Assembly (NCBI GenBank): GCA_965601925.1
Contig: OZ271854.1
Location: forward strand, 1,952,001 to 2,016,000
Reading direction: 5' to 3'
Source of the DNA: Alkalispirochaeta sp.
GTDB lineage: Bacteria > Spirochaetota > Spirochaetia > DSM-27196 > Alkalispirochaetaceae
DNA: 64,000 nt
The number at the start of each line of letters is the position of its first letter. Positions within the stretch are counted from its first letter, which is position 1. Made by a program: the position numbers and the translations under genes. The notes under the pieces are model-generated. The model saw only the letters and a list, made by a program, of their open reading frames with translations, ran no database searches and was not told the DNA's origin. This document shows positions 1-8,374 of this stretch, in pieces.

Positions 1-837
1 ATAAAAGCGTCCCGCGTCCCATCCCGCACGTTTGGCCGCCGCGCTGATGATACGGACGTTCGCCTGGTGAGGTATGATGCGGCCGATCTCGTCGAAGGAT
101 ATGTCATTCCTGCTCAGCAGTTCCTGAATCACATCCACCACGACCGCGACCGCAAAATTGTACACTCGGCGACCGTCCATCTTCAGTTTAAGAAGATCTT
201 CCGGCGTCTCTCCCGGCACGTAGCGGTTCCGGGAGCCCCCGTGCGAGCGGTAGAGCGCCTCGGCGCCCGACCCCTTGGACCCGAGAAGCGCGGGAAGTAC
301 GCGAGACGGCTCCCCCTCGTCGGCGGCGCTAACGACGACCGCGCCGGCGCCGTCGCCGAAGAGGACGCAGGTACGCCTGTCGTTCCAATCGACGATGCGG
401 CTGTAAAGCTCCGTGCCGATGAGCAGTACGTTTCGCGCGGAGCCGGCGGCAACGTACGTACGCGCGGTCTCGAGTCCGTAGACAAAGCCGGTGCACGCGG
501 CGGTGATGTCCATAGCGCCGGCGTTGGGAATCCCGAGCTTGTCCTGGACGATACAGGCGGTCGACGGAAGACCGACGTAGTCGGGCGTACTCGTCGCGAC
601 CAATACCAGATCGATATCGGAGGGTTGGAGTTGTGCGCGCTCCAACGCTTGTCGCGCTGCGGGAACGGCGAGGTCGCTCGCCGCCTCGTCTTCGGCGGCG
701 ATATGGCGATAGTGGATTCCGGTATGGGAGTAGATCCAGTCGTCGGAAGTATCCAGCGTCTCGGCAAGCTCATCGTTGTGTACACGGCGCGCAGGAACGT
801 AGGCGCCGACGGAAGCGATCTTTGCATTCACACTCAT
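1..837 (-). CDS. fabH: Beta-ketoacyl-ACP synthase III, 3' end truncated by window edge (absent from ORF track)
   Basis: Manual minus-strand translation from ATG 837: MSVNAKIASVGAYVPARRVHNDELAETLDTSDDWIYSHTGI... with DITAACTGF (catalytic Cys) and PHQAN; divergent from fabD. Confidence 0.93.
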   Translation of the reverse strand, partial: MSVNAKIASVGAYVPARRVHNDELAETLDTSDDWIYSHTGIHYRHIAAEDEAASDLAVPAARQALERAQLQPSDIDLVLVATSTPDYVGLPSTACIVQDKLGIPNAGAMDITAACTGFVYGLETARTYVAAGSARNVLLIGTELYSRIVDWNDRRTCVLFGDGAGAVVVSAADEGEPSRVLPALLGSKGSGAEALYRSHGGSRNRYVPGETPEDLLKLKMDGRRVYNFAVAVVVDVIQELLSRNDISFDEIGRIIPHQANVRIISAAAKRAGWDAGRFY

Positions 838-1000
838 GTACCTTATCACCGGAAGGTAACAAATCCGCACGGGGTTTGTCAGCTCAGGCGGTCGTCGGCC
901 GAGCGTTTTGCCGCCGCATTGTTGCGATGCGGAGTGTTGCAGTCGGCGGCTGTGACGAGCGACTTCGGTGTACGGTGTTTGTCGGTCGATAACCGATTGC

Positions 1001-1030
1001 TTGAATCGTTCGGTCGCGCTGTGATACCGT
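1001..1030 (+). promoter_or_regulatory. Sigma70-type promoter of fabD-fabG-fabF, probably leaderless
   Basis: TTGAAT (1001-1006), 18 nt, extended -10 TGaTACCGT (1022-1030); ATG 7 nt downstream with no SD. Confidence 0.55.
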
Positions 1031-1037
1031 TAGCCAT

Positions 1038-1997
1038 ATGAAGACGGTTTTTATGTTTCCCGGCCAAGGGGCGCAATTCCCCGGTATGGCGCGCGACCTG
1101 TACGACTACAGCGCCGCGGTTCGGGACCTTTTTGCATCGGCGTCGGAGGTGACGCATAAAGACATCGCCGCGCTTCTCTTCGATAGCACCGAGGAGGAGT
1201 TGAAGCAGACCGACAACACACAGATCGCCGTTACCGTCGCCAATTTGGCGGCGCGTCAAGTGTTGTCGGAGTTCGGTATCGAAAGCGATATGTCGGCGGG
1301 GTTCAGTCTGGGGGAGTACGCTGCGCTCGTAGACGCGGGCGTTTTGCGTTACGAGGATGCCGTCACGGCGGTACTCCACCGCGGTCGTATTATGGAGCGC
1401 GTAAGTCGAACGCTCGACGACGACGCCGGGCGAGCCGGCATGGTCGCCACCATGGGTAAAGACCTTCCCGAGGTCGCCGCGATTCTCTCCGGCGCGGGAG
1501 TAACCGACGCCTATCCGTCGCTCTACAACAGCCCCGTCCAGACGGTCGTGGGCGGTTCGGCTCGCGCGTTGGCAGGGGCGACCGATGCACTTAAAGCCGG
1601 CGGAGTGCGACGGGTCATCCCCCTCAAAGTCTCGGGACCGTTTCATACTCCGCTTATGGCCCCGGCGCGCGATGCGTTTGCGCACGTGTTGGGCGACATA
1701 CCGTTCTCCGATCCTCTGCGGCCGACCTATTCGAACGTTCACGGAAGGACCGTAGGAACGGGCGAGGAGGCGCGCACCCTGTGTCTCGAACAGTTGGTCC
1801 GGACGGTGTTATGGACCACCGAGGAACGTCAGCTCTTGACCGACGGCGCCGAGCTGCTTTTGGAGGTAGGACCGGGTTCGGTGCTCCAAGGATTGTGGAA
1901 AGCCGTTTCCAAAGCGGACGCGCAGTGGCCGTCGGATCGGTGTCGTACCGCCGGTACGCTGGAAGAGATTGAAGGGATTGCGAAGGAGTTTTCTTGA
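1038..1997 (+). CDS. fabD: Malonyl-CoA:ACP transacylase
   Basis: FPGQGAQ N-terminus, GFSLGE nucleophile motif, VSGPFH, EVGPG. Confidence 0.95.
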   Translation: MKTVFMFPGQGAQFPGMARDLYDYSAAVRDLFASASEVTHKDIAALLFDSTEEELKQTDNTQIAVTVANLAARQVLSEFGIESDMSAGFSLGEYAALVDAGVLRYEDAVTAVLHRGRIMERVSRTLDDDAGRAGMVATMGKDLPEVAAILSGAGVTDAYPSLYNSPVQTVVGGSARALAGATDALKAGGVRRVIPLKVSGPFHTPLMAPARDAFAHVLGDIPFSDPLRPTYSNVHGRTVGTGEEARTLCLEQLVRTVLWTTEERQLLTDGAELLLEVGPGSVLQGLWKAVSKADAQWPSDRCRTAGTLEEIEGIAKEFS

Positions 1998-2734
1998 TGT
2001 TGATGGATGGAAAGGTTGTAATCGTCACCGGCGGGTCCCGCGGGATCGGTCGCACCATTGTCGATAGTTTCTTGCGCGCCGGTGCTGTCGTGCACTACCT
2101 GTCTCGCAGCGAAGGAGACGCTCTCGAGCAACTTCGTGCGCAATACGGCGCCGGTGCGGTGCACCACCACACCGTCGACGTAAGTGACGAGCCCTCGGTG
2201 TCGACCGCGATCTCCGAGATCATCGAGGCGCACGACGGTGTCGATGTGTTGGTCAACAATGCCGGCATTACGCGAGACGGGTTGATTATGCGTATGTCCG
2301 CGGAGGATTGGCGTACCGTTCTGGACGTCAACTTGGCGAGCGCTTTTTACACCAGTAAGGCGTTGGCGCGTCACATGATAAAACGCCGTGGCGGAGCGAT
2401 CATAAACATCACATCGGTGGTCGGAATCACCGGCAACGCCGGCCAGGCGAATTACGCGGCGAGCAAGGCCGGTCTGATCGGGTTCACCAAGAGCATCGCT
2501 CGCGAGGTCGCGAGCCGTAACGTGCGGGTCAACGCGATCGCTCCCGGATTCATAGATACCGAAATGACCGACAAACTCAACGATCAGCAGCGCGAGACGC
2601 TACAGAGCCAGATTCCCATGGGGCGCATCGGCAGCGCCGAGGAAGTTGCGCAGGTATGCCTCTTTCTCGCCTCCGATATGGCCTCCTACATCACCGGCGA
2701 GGTCATCACCGTCGGCGGCGGTCTGGCGATGTGA
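1997..2734 (+). CDS. fabG: 3-oxoacyl-ACP reductase (SDR)
   Basis: TGGSRGIG, NNAGITRD, YAASK; ATG overlaps fabD stop, SD AAGGAG upstream. Confidence 0.95.
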   Translation: MLMDGKVVIVTGGSRGIGRTIVDSFLRAGAVVHYLSRSEGDALEQLRAQYGAGAVHHHTVDVSDEPSVSTAISEIIEAHDGVDVLVNNAGITRDGLIMRMSAEDWRTVLDVNLASAFYTSKALARHMIKRRGGAIINITSVVGITGNAGQANYAASKAGLIGFTKSIAREVASRNVRVNAIAPGFIDTEMTDKLNDQQRETLQSQIPMGRIGSAEEVAQVCLFLASDMASYITGEVITVGGGLAM

Positions 2735-2744
2735 GGGAGGATAC

Positions 2745-3989
2745 ATGAAAAGAGTCGTACTAACCGGTTTGGGCGTCGTGAGCCCGGTAGGAAATAGTGT
2801 AGAGGATTTTTGGCAATCGATCCGCAACGGAGTGAGCGGTGCAGGACCGATCACGCGGTTCGACACGTCGAAGTACGTCACCTCCTACGCTGCGGAGGTC
2901 AAGGATTTCGATCCTAAGGTGCGCATCGACCGTCGCGAGGCGCGTAAGATGGACCTTTTCGCGCAGTATTCGGTATACGCCGCGCGGGAGGCGTTCGAGC
3001 AGGCCGGGTTTCTCGATAACGAGGGTTCATACGATCCGGAGCGCGTCGGCGTTGTGCTGGGAGTCGGTATCGGCGGTTTCGAGACGATCGAAGACTCACT
3101 ACAGTCGCTGTTCGACCGCGGTCCCGATCGCGTATCGCCCATGACGGTGGTCAAGATGATCTCCAACATGGGACCCGCGCACATCGCGATTAACTTGAAC
3201 GCCCACGGACCGGTATACACCGTAACGACCGCGTGCGCGAGCGCGACCGATGCGATCGGAAACGCCATGCGTCACATTCGCGAAGGTCTTGCCGACGTCA
3301 TGATCGCCGGAGGAGCCGAGGCGCCCATTACGCAGTTGGGTATTTCGGGCTTCAATGTGATTCAGGCGCTCAGCAGTAAGTTCGCAGACGATCCCACTCG
3401 CGCCTCCCGACCCTTCGACAAGGATCGCGACGGGTTTCTCATGGGGGAGGGCGCCGGTATCTTGATTCTGGAAAGCTTGGAACACGCACAGGCGCGCGGG
3501 GCGACCATTATCGCCGAGGTTGCCGGCAACGGGTTCACGAACGACGCCAACCATCTCACCGCACCGCATCCCGAAGGTCTCGGCGCATCCAAAGCGATGA
3601 GTAACGCCCTCAAGGATGCGAGTCTCGCTCCCGAGGATATCGACTATCTCAACGCCCACGGGACCTCGACGCCGATCAACGATCCGACCGAGACGCTGGC
3701 GATTAAGCGAACCTTCGGCGATCACGCGACGAAGTTGGCCATATCCTCCTCCAAGTCGATGACCGGACACTGTCTCGGCGCCGCCGGTGGTATCGAGGCG
3801 GTCGTGACCGCGCTCTCTATTCGCGATAACTTCGTGCCGCCGACGATCAACTTGGAGGAGCCCGGCGAAGGGTGCGATCTGGACTACGTTCCCAACGTCG
3901 GACGCGCCCAGCCGGTCCGGGCGGCGATGAGTAATTCGCTTGGATTCGGCGGACATAACGGAGTGCTGGTGCTCAAGCGATACGAGTAG
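2745..3989 (+). CDS. fabF: 3-oxoacyl-ACP synthase II
   Basis: MKRVVLTGLG start after GGGAGG; TACAS, HGTST, GHCLGAAG, GFGGHN. Confidence 0.95.
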   Translation: MKRVVLTGLGVVSPVGNSVEDFWQSIRNGVSGAGPITRFDTSKYVTSYAAEVKDFDPKVRIDRREARKMDLFAQYSVYAAREAFEQAGFLDNEGSYDPERVGVVLGVGIGGFETIEDSLQSLFDRGPDRVSPMTVVKMISNMGPAHIAINLNAHGPVYTVTTACASATDAIGNAMRHIREGLADVMIAGGAEAPITQLGISGFNVIQALSSKFADDPTRASRPFDKDRDGFLMGEGAGILILESLEHAQARGATIIAEVAGNGFTNDANHLTAPHPEGLGASKAMSNALKDASLAPEDIDYLNAHGTSTPINDPTETLAIKRTFGDHATKLAISSSKSMTGHCLGAAGGIEAVVTALSIRDNFVPPTINLEEPGEGCDLDYVPNVGRAQPVRAAMSNSLGFGGHNGVLVLKRYE

Positions 3990-4023
3990 TACATCGGCAT
4001 CCGTAGGGCCGGTGGAAAGGGAC

Positions 4024-4061
4024 AAAAAAAGCCTTCCTTCGATTCCGAAGGAAGGCTTTTT
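4024..4061. terminator. Bidirectional intrinsic terminator between convergent fabF and rubredoxin
   Basis: AAAAAGCCTTCCTTCG-attc-CGAAGGAAGGCTTTTT perfect stem with A and T tracts. Confidence 0.9.
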
Positions 4062-4083
4062 CGTTCCGCTCAGACGGCGTGGG

Positions 4084-4248
4084 TTACTCTTCTTCTACCT
4101 CGAACTCGTCTTTCTCGGCGCCGCACACGGGACATACCCAGTCTTCCGGCAAGTCCTCGAACGAGGTTCCCGGCGGGATGTCGGTGTCGGGATCGCCTTC
4201 CGCCGGATCGTAGATGTAGCCGCACATGTTGCATACATACTTCTTCAT
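4084..4248 (-). CDS. Rubredoxin, 54 aa (absent from ORF track)
   Basis: [54 protein letters not shown]; two CxxCG motifs; SD AGGAG. Confidence 0.96.
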   Translation of the reverse strand: MKKYVCNMCGYIYDPAEGDPDTDIPPGTSFEDLPEDWVCPVCGAEKDEFEVEEE

Positions 4249-4263
4249 GCTTTCTCTCCTCTA

Positions 4264-4944
4264 CTATGGCCACTGCACGTCGGTGAGCAGCGTCAGTTTG
4301 GTTTTACTTCGTTCGTCCTCAGGATTGAGATCCAGAGCACGTTGAAAACACTTTATCGCCTCGGTGTTGTGGTGGAGCCCGTAGTGGGTCGTGCCGAGCA
4401 TGTAGTGAACCTCGGCAAAATTGGGCGTCTCATCGACCAACTCCGTGAGAAGACTCAACGCCTCTTCGAAATTCTTGTGTTTTATCTGCAGTTGCGCAAG
4501 ATAAAAGTTGGCGATTCGTGAGTTCGGAGAGGCCTCGTGGAATCCGGCAAAAGCCGTGGCCGCGGCCTGATCGTCGCCGAGAAAGAGATTGATAAGCCCG
4601 ACGAAGTAACTCGCCATAGCGTGAGACTGGCTTCCCATGTCTACAACGGCGGTAAACGCCTCTAAGGCCTTTTTCAGGCGGCCCATGCGATAGAGACACA
4701 CCCCCAACTTGTAGTAGGCGTTACCGAACTTCGGATTGGCGACGATCGCTTCGTTGTAGCGTGCGACGGCATCGTCCAGGGTACCCCGGGAGTAGGCGAT
4801 GTTTCCCCGTATCAGTTTTATGTACGGCTCATCCGGAAATCGCTCGTCCAACGCGGCGAACGCACCGGCCGCCTCGTCCCACTTACCCGAGAGATAGTGC
4901 TCCATCGCCTCGATGTATCGTTCGTCCTGATGATAACCCTGCAT
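4264..4944 (-). CDS. Tetratricopeptide-repeat protein (~226 aa)
   Basis: TPR-like repeats (AYYKLGVCLYRMG, VHYMLGTTHYGL..EAIKCFQRALDLNP); start moved to ATG 4944 after SD GGAGGGAG. Confidence 0.85.
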   Translation of the reverse strand: MQGYHQDERYIEAMEHYLSGKWDEAAGAFAALDERFPDEPYIKLIRGNIAYSRGTLDDAVARYNEAIVANPKFGNAYYKLGVCLYRMGRLKKALEAFTAVVDMGSQSHAMASYFVGLINLFLGDDQAAATAFAGFHEASPNSRIANFYLAQLQIKHKNFEEALSLLTELVDETPNFAEVHYMLGTTHYGLHHNTEAIKCFQRALDLNPEDERSKTKLTLLTDVQWP

Positions 4945-5156
4945 CGGCTGCTCCCTCCGTAGTTGCGTAGTCAGTGTACTAGCGTAGCACCGCGGAATCA
5001 AGTAAATCGGTCGCGGCCCAACCACTCCGACCGTGGACTGCACTTCGTCCAATCCGTCGTCGGAACGCATCGAACGGATGTGCGGAACGGACCGATATGT
5101 GAGGTAACAACGGTGATCTCCATCGCAACGAGGGTTGCCGAGCGCGTCGCTCGACG

Positions 5157-5483
5157 CTATTCGGCCTCGACGAGAAGCTGGGGGTACGGTCCCTCTGTGA
5201 CGATGTGCAGTCGCACCCGTTTCGGATTGCCCATCTTGTTCAGCGCGCGGCCGCTCAACTCGACGGTACCGAGCTTACAGTCGTTGCTCTGATATACGTT
5301 GCCGTACAGCCCTTTTGCCGCCTCGGTCCACGTCGCCGGACTCTTGCCGTAATGTATCGCCACGGTCGTGTCGCTCATAAGTAAATCGAGATCGAAACCG
5401 TCATTCGGATTTATAACAACTTTTTTCTCGGGGAATGAAACATCTCCGAGTACTTTGAGAAAGCCCGTCTCCTTGAAGTCCAT
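5157..5483 (-). CDS. Hypothetical protein (~108 aa)
   Basis: SD AGGAGGA, host-like codon usage; downstream of the antiporter/EIIA genes on the same strand. Confidence 0.7.
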   Translation of the reverse strand: MDFKETGFLKVLGDVSFPEKKVVINPNDGFDLDLLMSDTTVAIHYGKSPATWTEAAKGLYGNVYQSNDCKLGTVELSGRALNKMGNPKRVRLHIVTEGPYPQLLVEAE

Positions 5484-5546
5484 CACTCCTCCTGCATCTA
5501 TGGATGGGGGCGTTCGGTTGGATCCTCGATCCGCCGCAGCGGATGG

Positions 5547-6371
5547 TTAGAGCATCTTCATACTGCCCCTATACATCGCGACGTCGAGTACGAGTATCAT
5601 GGCGCCCTGTTTTTTGTCGAGATCGCCGGTGATATCCTCTATCCCGGCTATGAGATCGTCAACGTGCTCTTCCGGTACCATCGCCATAATCGTTTTACTA
5701 TGATGTTTACTTTCGTTCATGAAGCCGATGAAATCGGCAAAAAGGGGAACGTTTGAGATGTAATGGCCCATACCGGCCGAGTCGATGATGGTCGCCCCTT
5801 CAATCCCCTCTTCGATAAAGAGCTCGAGTATGCGATAGAGAAAATCCTCGATGTAGAGATTGACCATCACGAGCTTCATGATGCGCGTGTGATTGTCCGC
5901 GTTGCGCTCCGTTTGAGTGTTGCGTAGGAACGCCTCGTAGAGCGCCGTCTCGCTTCTGGCCGCCAACAGCTCCCGTTTCAGGTTGGTGTGGCTCAGGGCT
6001 CGCGATACGAATGCCAGGATTTTGAGATGGTCGGTTACTGCATCGACCGGCCCTAAGATGATGAAAAACAGCTTCACCCGTTTCTTGTCCAGCGCCTCAA
6101 AGTCGACCCCGCGCGGCGAGCTGATGATGAAGAGCAAGAAACGGTCGAGACTCTCCAGTCGCGCATGGGGAATGGCGATCTCGTTGCCGAATGCCGTTGA
6201 CCCCTGACTCTCGCGTTCGGCGAGGGCCGTCCTGATTGTCTCCGGTGCGACGCCCGAGGCCGCCTCGCTTGCCACGGCGAGCTCGGCGATACGGCTGAGC
6301 ATCTCATCCTTATTGCGCGCATCTACTTGTACGCGACAACTGCGCTTTTCGAATATTTCGTAGAGATTCAT
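5547..6371 (-). CDS. PTS EIIA (Fru/Ntr-type) domain fused to a C-terminal PII-like domain
   Basis: N-half: ERESQGSTAFGNEIAIPHARL (phospho-His), GVDFEALD, HLKILA. C-half: MKLVMV..GATIIDSAGMG..SKTIMAMV..GAMILVLDV fits a GlnB/PII-like ferredoxin fold. Confidence 0.8.
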   Translation of the reverse strand: MNLYEIFEKRSCRVQVDARNKDEMLSRIAELAVASEAASGVAPETIRTALAERESQGSTAFGNEIAIPHARLESLDRFLLFIISSPRGVDFEALDKKRVKLFFIILGPVDAVTDHLKILAFVSRALSHTNLKRELLAARSETALYEAFLRNTQTERNADNHTRIMKLVMVNLYIEDFLYRILELFIEEGIEGATIIDSAGMGHYISNVPLFADFIGFMNESKHHSKTIMAMVPEEHVDDLIAGIEDITGDLDKKQGAMILVLDVAMYRGSMKML

Positions 6372-7660
6372 GCGTGTACCTCCCGCATCTCGTTGCCGCG
6401 GATAATTGCAAAGCGCGACAACGGCGGCCCGATGAGTTCATTGACGAACACCGACAGAAGGATGATGTTCACCAACGTGGCGACGAGCGGTTGATACTGA
6501 GCCGGCAAAGTCGCCATCGCCGGAGAGGCCTCGATGAGTAAGACCAGTCCGATCGCCACGCCGGCCTGCGGCAACATACAAATTCCGAGATAGTTGCGTA
6601 TCGCCGCCGACGTTTTTGCGATACGACATCCGACCCATACCCCACCGTACTTGCCGATTGCGCGGGCGACGATATAGGCCCCGCCGAGGATGAGAATCTG
6701 CGGGTCGACGAGGACGGACGGATTGAGTTCCGTACCGGCAATGACGAAGAACAGTGCGTAAATCGGCGGCGAAAGGGGCCGGAGAACGCGAAAGATACGG
6801 TAGTTGTCCGGCGACAGGTTGATGATCACCGCACCGGCGGTCATGTTGGCCAGAAGCGGCGACAAGTTGAAGACGATCGCCGCCGCGGTGGCGAAGAAGA
6901 GGACGCCGAGGCTCGTAATGAGGACTTCGTTCTGGTTGCTGCGGCGGCGCGCAAAGATGTGGATCGCCGCACCGGTCGCTATCCCTAAGAGAATCGAGAA
7001 TCCGACCTCCGACAGCGCGTGAAGTACGATTCCGGCCGCCCCGTGTCCGCCTCCCGTCGCGTGGGCCGCATCCATCGCGGCGTGGGCGGCGCCGACGGCC
7101 GCTCCCGCGTCGGCGAGAACGCTACTGGCAACGGCGAAGACCACGCCGAAGAGAATAACCGCTCCCGCGTCGTCCAGCGCAACGACGCCGTAGAGATAGT
7201 CGACGAATGTACCTTGAGCGCGCAAACCCTGGACGATCGCTACCGTCGCCGCCGGTGCGGTGGCCGCGGCGATCGCGCCCAGGAGGAGGGCAAACGGAAG
7301 GGGCATCTGCAGCAGTGCGAGAGCGATGGACACTGCCAAAAACGAGGCGGCGAGTTGCACGGCCGTTACGATGACGATCGCCCGTCCGAGGCGCTTCAAC
7401 TTCACCCACGAGAACTCGCCGCCGATCGTAATCGCGATGAGACCCAATGCCACCTCGGTAACGAGTCCCAGACCTTCGTCTATTTCGTGCGGTATCACCC
7501 CGAGAATCGACTCTCCGGCAAGGAGCCCCGCGACGATGTAACCGGTTATCTCGGGAAGTCGTACCCGATTCGCCAGCTTCCCGATGAGGAATCCCAATAG
7601 CAGTAGAGTCCCCAGGGAAAACAACGCATGCTGTGCAAACAGTTCGCGAAGAGCTTCCAC
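6368..7660 (-). CDS. Cation:proton antiporter (CPA2-like)
   Basis: About 12 hydrophobic segments; LPEITGYIVAG, ATAPAAT, VALDDA, RAIGKYGG, PQAGVAIGL; 4-nt overlap with downstream gene. Confidence 0.9.
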   Translation of the reverse strand: MEALRELFAQHALFSLGTLLLLGFLIGKLANRVRLPEITGYIVAGLLAGESILGVIPHEIDEGLGLVTEVALGLIAITIGGEFSWVKLKRLGRAIVIVTAVQLAASFLAVSIALALLQMPLPFALLLGAIAAATAPAATVAIVQGLRAQGTFVDYLYGVVALDDAGAVILFGVVFAVASSVLADAGAAVGAAHAAMDAAHATGGGHGAAGIVLHALSEVGFSILLGIATGAAIHIFARRRSNQNEVLITSLGVLFFATAAAIVFNLSPLLANMTAGAVIINLSPDNYRIFRVLRPLSPPIYALFFVIAGTELNPSVLVDPQILILGGAYIVARAIGKYGGVWVGCRIAKTSAAIRNYLGICMLPQAGVAIGLVLLIEASPAMATLPAQYQPLVATLVNIILLSVFVNELIGPPLSRFAIIRGNEMREVHA

Positions 7661-7877
7661 TCATTCCACTATAGAAGAGAGTGCGCCACCTGTTCCAGGG
7701 GGGTGAGTCGCCGCGCGACGTTCGAGATGGGGGCTTGATTCGTTAGTAACGCCTCGCACCATCATCGCGACACCTTGAAAGGAACCTGCAAATGTGAATT
7801 ACCGATGCGTCGTAAACGGCGAGTCAGGACGGATGGTTTAGCACTATACGATATGTTCGGATTCGGTCGGCGTCGTG

Positions 7878-7906
7878 TTGCCAGGTAGTTGCAGTTGGCA
7901 TAACAT
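7878..7906 (+). promoter_or_regulatory. Sigma70-type promoter of the islet genes, overlapped by an imperfect inverted repeat
   Basis: TTGCCA, 17 nt, TAACAT, then GTG 6 nt later; TGTTGCCA...TGGCATAACA dyad spans it. Confidence 0.5.
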
Positions 7907-7912
7907 TATGTA

Positions 7913-8374
7913 GTGTTGGTTTTTGCGTCGTTCTGGACACTGGGTTTCCTCATCGGCAATCTTACGGGACTCAGTGCGAGTCCCCTCGCATTGTCACTGA
8001 TACCGCTGCTGTTTACGTTTGCGGGCGGATCAGCAATCGCATTGATTCGTAATATGGATGAGTCGACTCGACGTGTTGCCTTGGTTTCAATTCTTGCTTT
8101 GGCTTGCGGCTGCATCTTTGGGGTTTATACCGGCATCCTTGTAAATCAACATCAGATTCTCTCACCGAGCAACGAACAACACAACGCATCACCGACGCCC
8201 AGTAGTACAACTCAGAGAGACCCGAACGCTGGCCGCGCGAGCTACTATTTGAAGTCAATTACAGCGCCCTCCGTAGTCCATATTCATCAGCTTTACTCAA
8301 CTGGCGGCATAACATCGGAAGAAGCGTACCAACGTCTACGGGACTACCTTGCGGAGACCAATGGTGATCAATAA
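7913..8374 (+). CDS. Hypothetical membrane protein (~3 TM plus soluble tail)
   Basis: Hydrophobic stretches LVFASFWTLGFLIG, LALSLIPLLFTFAGGSAIALI and VALVSILALACGCIFGVYTGILV; overlaps start of next gene. Confidence 0.7.
   Translation: MLVFASFWTLGFLIGNLTGLSASPLALSLIPLLFTFAGGSAIALIRNMDESTRRVALVSILALACGCIFGVYTGILVNQHQILSPSNEQHNASPTPSSTTQRDPNAGRASYYLKSITAPSVVHIHQLYSTGGITSEEAYQRLRDYLAETNGDQ

Noticed and set aside
67..1041. 324-aa plus-strand ORF
   Set aside because: Antisense shadow of fabH, whose motifs are on the minus strand.
7876..7905. GTTGCCA...GCATAAC considered as an attC site
   Set aside because: The order is GTT before AAC (reverse of attC), it is too short, and it fits a -35/-10 promoter better.
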